From NCBI GenBank assembly GCA_002269645.1, contig NIVC01000059.1:620001-684000 (forward strand): 64,000 nt of DNA, in the 5' to 3' direction. This document shows, in pieces, positions 48,110 through 60,575 of the stretch (its first letter is position 1; the number at the start of each line of letters is the position of its first letter). Under the pieces are notes generated by a model that was given only the letters and a program-made list of their open reading frames with translations, had not been told where the DNA came from and ran no database searches. The position numbers and the translations under genes were made by a program. The DNA comes from Macrostomum lignano. Taxonomy: Eukaryota.

Positions 48110-48920
48110 TGGAGGGCGAATCTCACTGGATTAACGAAGGGCGAATCTCAGTGGATTAACTGAGGGCGAATCTCATTGGATTAACTGAGGGCGAATCTCA
48201 ATGGATTAACTGAGGGCGAATCTCATTGGATTAACTGAGGGCGAATCTCATTGGATTAACTGAGGGCGAATCTCATTGGATTAACTGAGGGCGAATCTCA
48301 ATGGATTAACTGAGGGCGAATCTCAATGGATTAACTGAGGGCGAATCTCAGTGGATTAACGAAGGGCGAATCTCAATGGATTAACTGAGGGCGAATCTCA
48401 CTGGATTAACGAAGGGCGAATCTCATTGGATTAACTGAGGGCGAATCTCAGTGGATTAACTGAGGGCGAATCTCATTGGATTAACTGAGGGCGAATCTCA
48501 TTGGATTAACTGAGGGCGAATCTCAGTGGATTAACTGAGGGCGAATCTCAATGGATTAACTGAGGGCGAATCTCATTGGATTAACTGAGGGCGAATCTCA
48601 TTGGATTAACTGAGGGCGAATCTCAATGGATTAACTGAGGGCGAATCTCAATGGATTAACTGAGGGCGAATCTCAGTGGATTAACGAAGGGCGAATCTCA
48701 ATGGATTAACTGAGGGCGAATCTCACTGGATTAACGAAGGGCGAATCTCATTGGATTAACTGAGGGCGAATCTCAGTGGATTAACTGAGGGCGAATCTCA
48801 GTGGATTAACTGAGGGCGAATCTCAATGGATTAACTGAGGGCGAATCTCAGTGGATTAACTGAGGGTGAATCTTATTGGATTAACTGAGATCGAATCTCA
48901 CTGGATTAAGAGAGGCCAAT
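48110..48920. repeat. 25-bp minisatellite CTGAGGGCGAATCTCANTGGATTAA
   Basis: About 32 copies, intergenic. Confidence 0.97.
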
Positions 48921-49461
48921 TCTAATTGGATTACCTACTGATTCCCACCTACGGTTGAATGACAAAGAAATGAGATGAAATTACTGAATAAATATGATTA
49001 TGAATTATGAATAAATACGAGCAAATGAACACCGAGCAAAATAAAAACACCACACGATAACAGCCATCGGCAAACTTTTACAATATTATAAACTTTCAGA
49101 CCGGACGAGCGCTGAAGTAGAATAAGTCAAGTCTTATTACAAAAACACGAGAACAATTTTCAGGTTTGACCAAAATTGTTCAACTGCAAGTCGGATTTCT
49201 TCCCAACTATATTTCAAATAAACACCAGCTTTAAAATTCGAATTCGAACACAACAAAACGCTTAGCAGACCTGGGCACAGGCCACAGGGACAGGAACAAG
49301 TGAGAAAAAAGCGGAGACAAATGCGCAGCCTATCCTACTCACTCTAATTAGTACTAAGTAGGCTGATTAGCAAATTAAGTCGAAAATTAGGTTTTGAAAT
49401 AAAAATAATTAAAATCAGCTATGCATTCTTTTTAATTTTTTAGTTAGCAAATTACAGCATC

Positions 49462-50845
49462 TCAGCCCAGAGCGTCGTCGAACATCGCGAACGGATCCAG
49501 CAGACGGTCGCAGTCGGCGAAGTTCAACGATGCCAGCACCGTCGTGGCTGACGACGGCGAAGTAGACGACGTTTCGGTGGTGCCCGGTGGCGAAGTTGAT
49601 AACAAAGCGCCGCCAATGTCGACGTGATTGGCCATGGCCGGCGCCGCTACCGTCGATGTCTGTGCGGCGGCGAATGTCGTTGGGCCCCCGACGCCGCCAG
49701 GAAAAGTTGCCGCAGCCGCCGCAGCTGCTGCGGCAGCCGCCGAGCCGCCGTTGATGCCCATACGGACAAAGTTAACGTGCCTAATCCGGCGCATGTGATC
49801 GGACACCTGCGTTGGTGTGGAAAGGGGTGAGTGAGATGGTGGTTGCTAGGGGGCTTTAAATTAAATTTTTCAGTGCAGAGAATACCGCGAATCTTGGAAG
49901 TAGGTAAGGTGAGATTTTCATATAGAAAAGTGAGATTATCAGTTAAGACAAGTGAGATTATCAGTTAAGACAAGTGAGATTATCAGTTAAGACAAGTGAG
50001 ATTATCAGTTAAGACAAGTGAGATTATCAGTTAAGACAATTGAGATTATCAGTTAAGACAAGTGAGATTATCAGTTAAGACAAGTGAGATTATCAGGTAA
50101 GACATGGATTTTCAGGTAAGACAAGTGAGATTATCAGGTAAGACATGGATTATTAGGTAAATCAAGTGAGATTATCAGGTAAGACAAGTGAGATTATCAG
50201 GTAAGACAAGTGAGATTATCAGGTAAGATAAGTGAGATTATCACGTAAGACAAGTGAGATTATCAGGTAACACAAGTGAGATATGCCTACCTGTCGCTGA
50301 TTAACCATTCTCATGTGACACTCCAGGCATTTATAATAAGCCGCGGCGGCGGCAGACACGGGCTGATAGGTCACGTGACCAGTGGCCTGCTTATGCGCAG
50401 ATTGGCATTCAACCCAATCAGCGCACTGAAGACAGACTGAGAGCGGCTGCTGAAGCTGCTGCTGCTCCTGGTGATCCATCTGCTGCTGCTGCTGCAGGAA
50501 CTGCTGCCGTCTGCCTAACACTGACGAAGCTTGCAGAGGAGACGCCGCTCGCTGGCGCTGCTGAAACCGTTCGCCTGACGTTTTGCCGCAAACATTGCCA
50601 GCTTTGATAGTCAGGGTCAGGACTTGATGGCTCTTCTGCTGCTGCTGCTGCTGCAGACGCTTCTTAACAACTCCACTACTGATGGTTCGTTTAACAGGCT
50701 TGGATCCCAGAGCCACCAGAGCTTGAGGCTTGGCCGCTGATTTCGGTTGAGGACTGCGACTGTGGGGCCAGGTGTAGGACCACCAGCAGGTTTGCTGCTG
50801 CTGCTGTTGCTGTTGCATCTCTTGCTGCTGCTGGGCTGTTGCCAT
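49462..50845 (-). CDS. Gln-rich protein with atypical C2H2-like zinc fingers, 2 exons, about 299 aa
   Basis: Exons 50291-50845 and 49462-49806, phase 0 (CAG|gtaggc, cgcag|GTG). Splicing creates YKCLECHMRMVNQRQVSDHMRRIRH (C-x2-C-x12-H-x5-H). An upstream CLQC...H...TGH motif, poly-Q and poly-A tracts are also present. Confidence 0.7.
49930..50282. repeat. 22-bp repeat GTGAGATTATCAG(T/G)TAAGACAA
   Basis: Fills the zinc-finger gene intron 49807-50290. Confidence 0.95.
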
Positions 50846-50911
50846 TATAAAGACACTAGAGAAGCTGACTACTAAAATTTATGGCATGGATTTAACTTTT
50901 AATTATATTTA

Positions 50912-50965
50912 TGCTATCTATCTATCTATCTATATATGTATCTGTCTATCTATCTATCTATCTAG

Positions 50966-51002
<37 letters not shown>

Positions 51003-51105
51003 AGTCTATCTCTCTAGCCATCCATTTATCTATCTATCTATCTGTCTGTCTATCTGTCTATCTATTAACCTGTCTATCTATTTATCTATCTATCTACCTA
51101 CGTAT
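50912..51105. repeat. (TATC)n/(GATA)n microsatellite
   Basis: Just upstream of the zinc-finger gene ATG. Confidence 0.93.
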
Positions 51106-51927
51106 CTCTCAGTAAAAGAAAAGTTTGCTGCTACTAAAAAAACAATTAATCAAGTTCAAAACAAAGGAACAAAAGCCTAGAGTCACAGCAGGATTCAAGC
51201 AGTGTACGTATTTAACAACAAATAAAACAAACAGTTTAACAAAGTCCATATGAGATCAGTGAACCTGTACACAGCGGCATAATAGTATTGCAGATTTATC
51301 TATTTTCTTATACGGTTAAGAAAACCGTACTGTTTACAGGATTAATTAACCTGTCTTTAACTAACGATATTACACAGGGTGCGCAGTCAATAATAGTTAT
51401 AGTAACCATATATTTATTAATAAAATAATACTAACGCATTGAATAAAAGTATACATCCTACCCTCGTACATAGGTCTGCAAGGAAAGAAGCAGAAAAGGC
51501 TTGACTTTATTATGGTATTAAATTCTGGTAATCCGGTCGTTCCCACAAGCGATATGCAGCGTAAATCGCTCTTATTAATCACTAATTATCCCCATACAAT
51601 CAATAAATTTAGTAGTAGAATATAATCAACCATTTGGTCTACTGACCGATATGTAGCATAGAACGTTTCATACACTGCTTTTTTAATGGATTAATATGAC
51701 ATTTTATCTACCGATATGTTGCGTATAAAGTTTCATACAGTGCCATTTTTCTCAAAGGCTTAATTTGAAAGTCTGTCTACCGATATATAGCGTATTTAGT
51801 TCTTGGAGTCGAGAATTTTTCTTATAGAAAACTTTTATAGAAATAATCAAATTTTAATGATCAGCCAATCTTCCGATATGTAGTGAATAATGCTTTACAA
51901 GGCGAAAATGTGACAATCTTGAACTAA

Positions 51928-54420
51928 TCAATCTGCGTGCTCATGCGCCGCGCCAGCCAATCGCGTCAATTTTACTAACAATCGCGCCAGACACAATCGA
52001 ACGCGTGGAAATTTCGAAGCCAACCAAGGCAAAAGAAAGACAATAAAATATAAGCTGGACAATAGTAGCCAATAGTCGAATTGTTGAGTCAAAACTGTTG
52101 GCACCGGACCGGCGAAGTCTGATTCAGTCAGGCTGACATTTGGCAGCGGTTTGTGGCCAGTGAGATTGGCTAGCTCCGGTATCAGAGAGTCCAGCTTGCG
52201 CAAGCTGATATTCACGCCAGCGTATTCTCGATCCCGGTAAATTCGAATATGCGGCGCCATGCTGGTGGTGTAGTTAGCATAGAACGGGCTCACCTTGTCC
52301 GCCTCGGCCGCGAAAAAGTGCAGACCGGGGAACGCTCTGTACAGATTGTATGCGGTATAAGGCAATGTATTATTAGTCCTGGTGCTCGCTACCTCCCTTG
52401 CCCCTTTCATTTCCCCATCTCCCTTTGATTTCTCCCCCCCTATCTTCATTTGTCCTCTTTCCGTTTATTTTTCCCTCCCCTACACTTCTCTCCCCTCAAT
52501 TAATTTCTCCTTTCTCATCTCTCCCTTAATTTCTCCCCTCTTTTTTTATTTCTCCCTTCTGTTTTCTCTTCTCAACCCTCTCTTCATTTCTCCCCTCTCC
52601 CTTCTGCCTTCATTTCTCCCTTCTGCCTTCATTTCTTCCTTCTGCCTTCATTTCTCCCTTCTGCCTTCATTTCTCCCTTCTGCCTTCATTTCTCCCTTCT
52701 GCCTTCATTTCTCCATTCTGCCTTCATTTCTCCCTTCTGCCTTCATTTCTCCCTTCTGCCTTCATTTCTCCCTTCTGCCTTCATTTCTCCCTTCTGCCTT
52801 CATTTCTCCCTTCTGCCTTCATTTCTCCATTCTGCCTTCATTTCTCCCTTCTGCCTTCATTTCTCCCTTCTGCCTTCATTTCTCCCTTCTGCCTTCATTT
52901 CTCCCTTCTGCCTTCTTTTCTCCCTTCTGCCTTCATTTCTCCCTTCTGCCTTCATTTCTCCCTTCTGCCTTCATTTCTCCCTTCTGCCTTCATTTCTCCC
53001 TTCTGCCTTCATTTCTCCCTTCTGCCTTCATTTCTCCCTTCTGCCTTCATTTCTTCCTTCTGCCTTCATTTCTCCCTTCTGCCTTCATTTCTCCCTTCTG
53101 CCTTCATTTCTCCCTTCTGCCTTCATTTCTCCCTTCTGCCTTCATTTCTCCCTTCTGCCTTCTTTTCTCTCTTCTGCCTTCTTTTCTCCCTTCTGCCTTC
53201 ATTTCTCCCTTCTGCCTTCATTTCTCTCTTCTGCCTTCTTTTCTCCCTTCTGCCTTCATTTCTCTCTTCTGCCTTCTTTTCTCCCTTCTGCCTTCTTTTC
53301 TCCCTTCTGCCTTCATTTCTCTCTTTTGCCTTCATTTCTCCCTTCTGCCTTCATTTTCCACTCTCCCTTCACTTCCCGCCCCTTCCTTTTTTCTCCCCTC
53401 TCTCTCTCTCCATTTCTCCCCTTTCTCTTTACTTGTTTTACTCTCCCTTAACTTCTCAATTCCTTCTCTTTAACCTCCCTGCCTTTCTTCCATCACCATT
53501 TTTTCTGTTCTATAGTTGCTAATTATAGAAATCCTTGACTCAACCTAGTTTCACTTTGAAATCATTTTCCATAGAATATATAAATCAATCTAGACACTTA
53601 TCATATCGAATCCTCACCTAGCCAGCGCATTGAAGTGTGGCGCCAGAGCGACAGAATATGGACAATAAGGCAGATAGTACAACAGTACTGCGCACTGGAT
53701 CGATTGATTCGTGCCAATCTGGCCGCTGCCATTGCTGGCATTTCCGCCGACGCTTCCGAGGCCGTCAACTGGCGCCGGCGCTGGTTTTGCAGTTAGCGCG
53801 GCGCGCAATTCAGCAAAATCTGATGAACTAATCAACGTAACAGAATTCTGCACAGTCGATTCGTTAGCTAATCGGGCTCGATGAGAACAATTGAAACGGC
53901 GCTTTGATCTGGCCGACAAATTTGGCGGCGGCTGAAACTGGCTAGCATTTGATGCTGATTGGCTGCCGTTTGATAGCTGTCTAGAACTGCTTACATTTGA
54001 TTGGTTGACTTCTGAGGACGATTCTGATCTACTCAATTCTGATTGGCTGGCATCTAATGGTGATTCTGAATCACTCGATTCTGATTGGCTGGCGTCTAAT
54101 GACGATTCTGAATCATTCGATTCTGATTGGCTGGCATCAGATGACGATTCTGACTTACTTGATTCTGATTGGCTAGCATCTAATGGCGATTCTGAAACAC
54201 TCGACTCTGATTGGCTGACTACATCTGGGTACAGAGAAGCCTTATCATGTTCTTCTGATTCATATTTAGACTGTTCAGCCAAGCTTGACAATTTGCTGAT
54301 TGCTTCTGCTTGACTTGAATGCAAAATTGAACCAAATTGGCATATTGCCAACAGCAATATAACACATACTGCTGTGTGGTCAAACATCAGAAAGCTCACT
54401 ATGGTATGTCTGAAAAGCAT
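51928..54420 (-). CDS. TXNDC15: Thioredoxin domain-containing protein 15, 2 exons, about 403 aa
   Basis: Exons 53618-54420 and 51928-52336 (phase 2). N-terminal hydrophobic signal, Ser-rich spacer, [35 protein letters not shown] (recalled human: [35 protein letters not shown]), GPVPTVL and a C-terminal TM helix (DYWLLLSSLYFIVF). Confidence 0.9.
52590..53360. repeat. 19-bp polypyrimidine/polypurine repeat TTTCTCCCTTCTGCCTTCA
   Basis: TXNDC15 intron 52337-53617. Confidence 0.96.
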
Positions 54421-55567
54421 TAAGGTTTATTTTGATATTTTTTAATTTAAACTATTTAGTGAATAGGCAAGGACTATCCTAGTATATAGGTTCAAATGCA
54501 TAATTTTGTATAGTAGATTCTAACATAATTTATTGCTTTAGGCAAGCAAATTATAGCAAACTAATAAAACCAAAACAAACAATGCCTATAATTTTTTCTA
54601 TCCTCTTATTGCTTTTTTACATCTGTAGAAAAGACAAAAAATCATTAGCTACTAAATCAGTCTTAAAACTAAAAGACTTGTTAGCCTATGCAATACTATG
54701 CCAATTTACAAAATATATTCTAAATGCCTCAAGTTCTAACAAAAATAATAAATAACCAATAGCATAAACATTTCAATTTGAACATGCACTTTTGTACATT
54801 ACTTATGTAAAATATAAACTGACAAAGTTCTGACAAACTAGCATATAGAATTATGCTACTATTAAATTAGTTTCCATAATATCAAATATTTCTCTATACT
54901 CTATTAAGTATTATTTTTATTGATTTCACTATACATTATACTGTATTACACATGTTTATACATGTAAAATATAAATAATTAAAACTTATCTACATATAAC
55001 TAGCTAGTAAATCTATTAACTTTTTGTTACTAGGCCAATTTAACAATCAAATAAAAAAAATTAGTAGAAATAGAACTTATTTTTATTATGCATTAAATAA
55101 TTGGATGTTTCAGATAAAAGACTGAAAAGCATGTTTAAAATAAATGACTTTTTAGACCAAACTAGAAATCATACCATATACTATTGATAAATAGAATACT
55201 ATTAAAGGAGATTAAAGTGAAACCAATAAGTCTCAGATAAATATACAGTATTGAGAAAGTCATGACCATTTAATCTCAAGGATATCTCAGTCAAAGACTA
55301 GATAGTTGGATTACTGAGATACTAAAATATATATTTTAAGAAACATAAATCCTATTTACTAAAAATAAGCAATTCTAAGGCCATTAATAGACCACTTAGT
55401 ATATATTTTTTTGTTGTCTACATATAGTCATTATTATTGGGGCTAAGGCTAGACCTATATATTATAATATTGTAACTAAAGGATAATATTGTTATAAGGA
55501 ATTTTCTTATACAAATATATTTTTGACTTATTCTAGCACATACATGCACAAACTTGAGAATCACTCA

Positions 55568-55679
55568 GCCATTTCTATTGGCAACATACACATGTAAGTT
55601 GCTATTGGCTGAGAGCAGTCATGTGACTATTATTCCCTTCAATAGAAACTTACATGTGTATGTTGCCAATAGAAATGGC
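55568..55679. other. Near-perfect inverted repeat (40-bp arms, 32-nt loop)
   Basis: GCCATTTCTATTGGCAACATACACATGTAAGTT (55568-55600) is the exact reverse complement of 55647-55679; the stem extends 7 more bp with one mismatch. Confidence 0.9.
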
Positions 55680-56135
55680 CAGGTGAATCCCTAGGTTGCA
55701 ACCAAGCATGTTTGAGCACAAATGATATAAAGTACAGAATATAAGATTTGTGGAAACTAGAGATGTCTAAATGAGTGATATCTGTAAACAATATATGTTT
55801 GCATAGGCTATTTCTTAAATTTTAAAAAATCCATTTTATTTAATTGCAAGCATTTATTGTATCCTAATCTATATAAGGCTGCACTTAGCATGTATGCTAA
55901 AGACTTAGTTAGGTTAAGATGAAATCTATCAACTATGAAATCTATATATCAACATGAAGTTTTGATCAAAATTATGAAATATGACAAATATACTTATGAT
56001 ATAAGGCTGTATATGACAGGCTATATGTTAATACAGCCTGTCATATCATAGGCTATATTGACATAAGCCCTGACATAAGTAAAATAAGCAAGCATAAAAA
56101 ACAGTACCTTTATATTGGTTGCCACTGGAACCTCT

Positions 56136-57822
56136 ACCTTTTAAACTTTGTCCAACCCAGAATATTCCACCATTATTCCAACTTATAATGCCTTTAAATT
56201 ACAAGTTAGAATAATGATCAAAATATTCCAACTCTTATTCCGACTGATTAGGCCTATTAAATATAATTGCAAGAGTCTAAATATCATTCCAACTCTTACT
56301 TTGACCAATAATTTAATATGTTGCAATAGTTTAAAGTCTAAACATCATTCTGACTCTTATTCAGACTGATAATTTAGTACGTTGCAAGAGTCTAAATATT
56401 ATCCCAACTCTTAATCCAACCCATAATTTAATTTAATTTTTAATTTATTTTAAAAATAAGGGCAAATATTATATTCAAGTTTGCTTCTTTCTATGCATAT
56501 TTTGTCAAACTAATTGTAAAAACTTTTGCATTCAACACAGGACCATATAAATTAAATCATATATATTTTAAGTCAACATCAAGTCAATAATTAGTTTATG
56601 CCCTAGGCTCATTCCATATAAGATGGACATTTTTGGAAAATAGAAAAAAGTCAATATTTTTGCTTGCCATTGCCTTATCAGCCAATTTTTTTACCAAATG
56701 TTTTTTATGTGTAATATCTACAATCTAAGAATAAATGAATGATAAAATGTTAGATTAGTATGTTATCAAGTGGCAAAAAGTCATTTTTGTAAAAATTTAG
56801 ACATTTTTCTAAGCAAAAGACATCATTAAGTTTGTGTACCTTTTAAAAACAAATAGAAAGCTTTGGAAGGTTGAAACAAACTATAGATAAAAGTATAGTA
56901 CTTGCATCATCAGATAAAAGTATTGGTGACCAAATAATCTATTATATTTTTAATATATTGGTACCTCAAAGTTACTGAATTGACAGAAAAAAATATGTTA
57001 CGACCATAATGTTACAACCATAAGGCTGCCTTTTCTTTTGTATCTTTGTTGCCTTTTTGAGTTTATATATTCTACAAAAAGAGTATGATTTCTAAAGATG
57101 TTCTGAGTCAAATTTTAAAAAATGTACAGCAAAATATCAAAAATAAAAATGTTATAAGACTTTTACCTTTTAGTTTCTATATGTCAAAAATCCTGTTGTT
57201 ACGACCATAAGTGCCATTCAAGGTTTAATAGCATCTATACTAATGATGATATCTACATGAAACTCTATAAAAATATTTTTGACAGAATTATCTTTCATTT
57301 AAAATATTGGTTTAGTATATTCTATTATTATATTTCATTTTATAATTAAAAATAGCCTGTCATGTTACGACCATGCTTATATGGAATGAGCCCCTATGAT
57401 AAATTGCATTTTCATTAGATTGATAGAAGTATAAGACAATAATCTATACAATCGTGGCCTCAGATTTTTGTACCTTGACTGCCTAATATAGCATTATAGT
57501 AAATAACATATTTAACTCTATACAGCATTTTTAAAAGGCCAAAAAGACTATCTTATCAATTGATAAATTCTGACTCAATTGTTTGTATTTAATAATCAGT
57601 CAGAATAAGAGTTGGAATAATATTTCAACTCTTGCAATGTATTAGATAATCAGCCGAAATAAGAGTCAGAATGATATTTAGACTCTTGCAATTGTATTTA
57701 ATAATCAGTCAGTCGGAAAAGGAGTTGGAATATTCTAACTATTATTCCAACTTATTATTTAACCACATTTATAAGTCAAAATAATGGTTGGAATATTCCA
57801 AGTAGGACAAACTTTAAAAGGT
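56136..57822. mobile_element. Foldback-like element with long degenerate inverted arms
   Basis: Left ACCTTTTAAACTTTGTCCAACCCAGAATATTCCA... matches the reverse complement of the right end (ACCTTTTAAAGTTTGTCCTACTTGGAATATTCCA...). Arms of about 250-300 bp are built of TTCCAACTCTTA subrepeats. No TSD found. Confidence 0.65.
56606..57392. mobile_element. 787-bp non-autonomous DNA transposon with 17-bp TIR and 4-bp TSD (Sola-like)
   Basis: Perfect TIR GGCTCATTCCATATAAG; CCTA on both flanks (56602-56605, 57393-57396); internal TGTTACGACCAT repeats. The superfamily call rests only on TSD length. Confidence 0.75.
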
Positions 57823-58487
57823 GCCCTTGATAAAAAAGTGTAAAAATCTTAAGGGCTTATTCTATCAAACCTTTGGCTTTATAATAATCAAAATACTAGG
57901 TAAAGGATAATAAAGTGTAAGATACTAATAAAAATAACTTTGTTTTACCCAATTGGTTTTTACTGATAAAAAACAATTTTAAAATGTATATAGACATAGG
58001 CCTATGCATGATTCCACATAACTCACTCATCCCTTACAACTTGGTTAGCTACACTATAATTTTGTTGTCCAATATACAAGGGGTGTCCCAAAAGTCGGTG
58101 CACTTTCTTCACTATAGCCTTTTCTGACCAATCAGAAATATTAAGTCTGTTGCAGTTGAAAAGAGAATTATCTGCCCATTAAAATGACTTTCTATTTATT
58201 TCTATATCAAGAAAAACTGAGGTGATTGGGAAAGATTTGTTATGTCCATTAGTTAGGCCTAATCATCAACTCAAATTCGCTCGAGAATTGGCCCCATTTG
58301 ATCGCAGTGAACCAGCCTTTGTGGGTCCTATGCTGGACCATAGCCATCATGATTTGAAGCATTGACTTCTTGCCGAATGCCGATCCGATACTACTGCTAC
58401 AGGCTGAACTTAAAACGACATTAAGTAATTTAGGCCTAGGCCTAGTCACTGGTTGTGATATAAAATTTTATTTTGTATGGTAGGGCC

Positions 58488-59050
58488 CCATGGTCAGGAA
58501 GGTGCAGCGTGTGCGCCGGAATAACATCCATCAAAATTTTTGTTGTGCGCCGCGTGCGCCGAGAAAAAAAAATTACTTGTGCGCCATGCGCCGAGAAAAA
58601 TACACTTGAAAAAGTACCATCAAGTATTAAGTATCTAAATTAAATCAATATCAATGGAAGTTCAAGCAGTTCAATCATGGCTTCTATTTGCAAAATATAA
58701 GCAAAAAGACGCAACAAAAGCCGCGAAAGGCGCAAATTTGTTAAGTTTGTTAAGTCGATTAATGAAATTTGAAATAGAAACAACATTGGAAATAACGACT
58801 ATCGTATCGACTATCGTTTATTTTATTGATTGATTGACATTTAATATACGTTTTTTATTATTCATTGTTATATTGTCACGTACACTGACGTACCTTGTGC
58901 GCCATGCGCCGAGCCATGCACCGATGCACCGAGCCATGCGCCGATGCGCCGAGCCCATGCGCGCGGCGCAGTGAAGTGTGCGCCGTGCGCCGGCAAATTG
59001 CTGATTTGCGCCGGAAAATTCCGAGGATTCTACCGTCTTCCTGGCTGTGG
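58488..59050. mobile_element. 563-bp non-autonomous hAT-like MITE, copy 2
   Basis: Same sequence as 37393-37955 by eye; different 8-bp TSD GTAGGGCC at 58480-58487 and 59051-59058. Confidence 0.92.
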
Positions 59051-60199
59051 GTAGGGCCTAAGCTAGGCCTACGTACTATCTACAATCGGTAGCATTGCAA
59101 AGATATTAAGTGAATGATTAGAAGAACGATTAGCCGACAAGCGTGACGCATGACAATAATAATCCCATTTCATTTCATTTGATAAGTTGGGCCGAAAATA
59201 TTTACCCTGCGCTTCAGCCTGGGGAGGTCTCTTACGCAAATAGTTTATTTTAGGTTCCGTTTTCGTAGTGCCCTATTAATATTATAATTGCAATATTAAT
59301 ACTCACACGCAGAGTTAGTTGTCGGTACTCAATCAGAAATACAGTTTTTCTATTCGAGCTGCAAAAACGTGAATAACGATTTCTCGATTAAAACAATTAA
59401 AGCATACAGTAAACTAATAAATATTGATTTAAAAAAAGTAAGAGTCAATGTGAACTTAAGACTTTGTTATTGATTCGTCAAGGATAAAAATTTTATTATT
59501 TTCGTCTCAACTGTTTTGAAGTTTTTACCGAATCTAGTGGTTCCGGCTGAGTTATGTTACATGCCACAAATGCCACAAATCATTTATTTTATTCTAAACA
59601 GTTAGTAAATTTAAGCAGAACTCTCTGTTTTTACACATTTCGAGTTCAGCTTGAAATTAAAAATCACTTTGTTTGTATTATTTTACTGAAAGACTACTTC
59701 TTCGTCTCTGCATGCACGAAATGCACGCCTGCATGCAGGAAATCAAGTATATAGTCCTTGCAGGAACCATGTACACTACGAGCATACATGTAGGTAGCCA
59801 TCCCGGGCTTGTCCAATTAAAAAATTCTGCGCCAAGCATAACAAATTGGTAGCTGAAAGGTGACTAGGAAGATGACCATATGATATGCAGCTAACAGTCA
59901 CAGAGCTAATGTAGAGAGGCCATGCACTGGAGTGTGCTAAGAAATTTTTTCTGCACTCATAGGCCCGAGAATTGCTTCAGAACAAAGGCTATGTAGAAAG
60001 GCCAACCCACATTTTGGTAAATCAATGACTACAATCTCGTGTTTCACTTTTGACCTCCACACCACACTTTCGGCCGGCTCAAAGGTCCGAGCCGGTTTGA
60101 AGAATCGCAGCTCAAGATCATAAAGGTGGTCATATGGAGCGACACTATATACTGCTCTCTGTATGGAGACACTCAGAGCGTTTGAAATGAAATGTGATA

Positions 60200-60575
60200 C
60201 AAGAATGCTATAAGGATTAATTTCATGGAAAGAGAAAAAGACAATTCGCTTGATTTTGGAGAAGAGTGAAAGAGGTAGTGGGAAAAGGACCAGATCTAAA
60301 GAAGATCATCAAGCAACAATTAGGAAGGGAGCCATGGCAATAAATTTCTTTATATTCAAAGAGAAATATAAGGTGAAAGAATTAGAGGAATACCGAAAAG
60401 GCAGTGGCAATTAAGATGACCTGAAGGAATAATGGACCGGATGGACACAATGGAGAGGTTAATTAACAAGATCGAGCAGCGAAGGACAGGCAGTGGTGGC
60501 GGAACCTGGTGCATGAATGGGTGCGCCTACTGTCAAGATCGCGGCCACGGAAAAGAATTAAGAAAAAGAATGATC
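60200..60575 (+). mobile_element. Degenerate RTE-clade LINE 3' fragment
   Basis: Frameshifted peptides ISWKEKKT..., G.RIRGIPKRQW.DDLKE..., AAKDRQWWRNLVH match the RTE C-terminal pattern (RGRP..W.DD...A.DR..WR..V). Confidence 0.55.
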
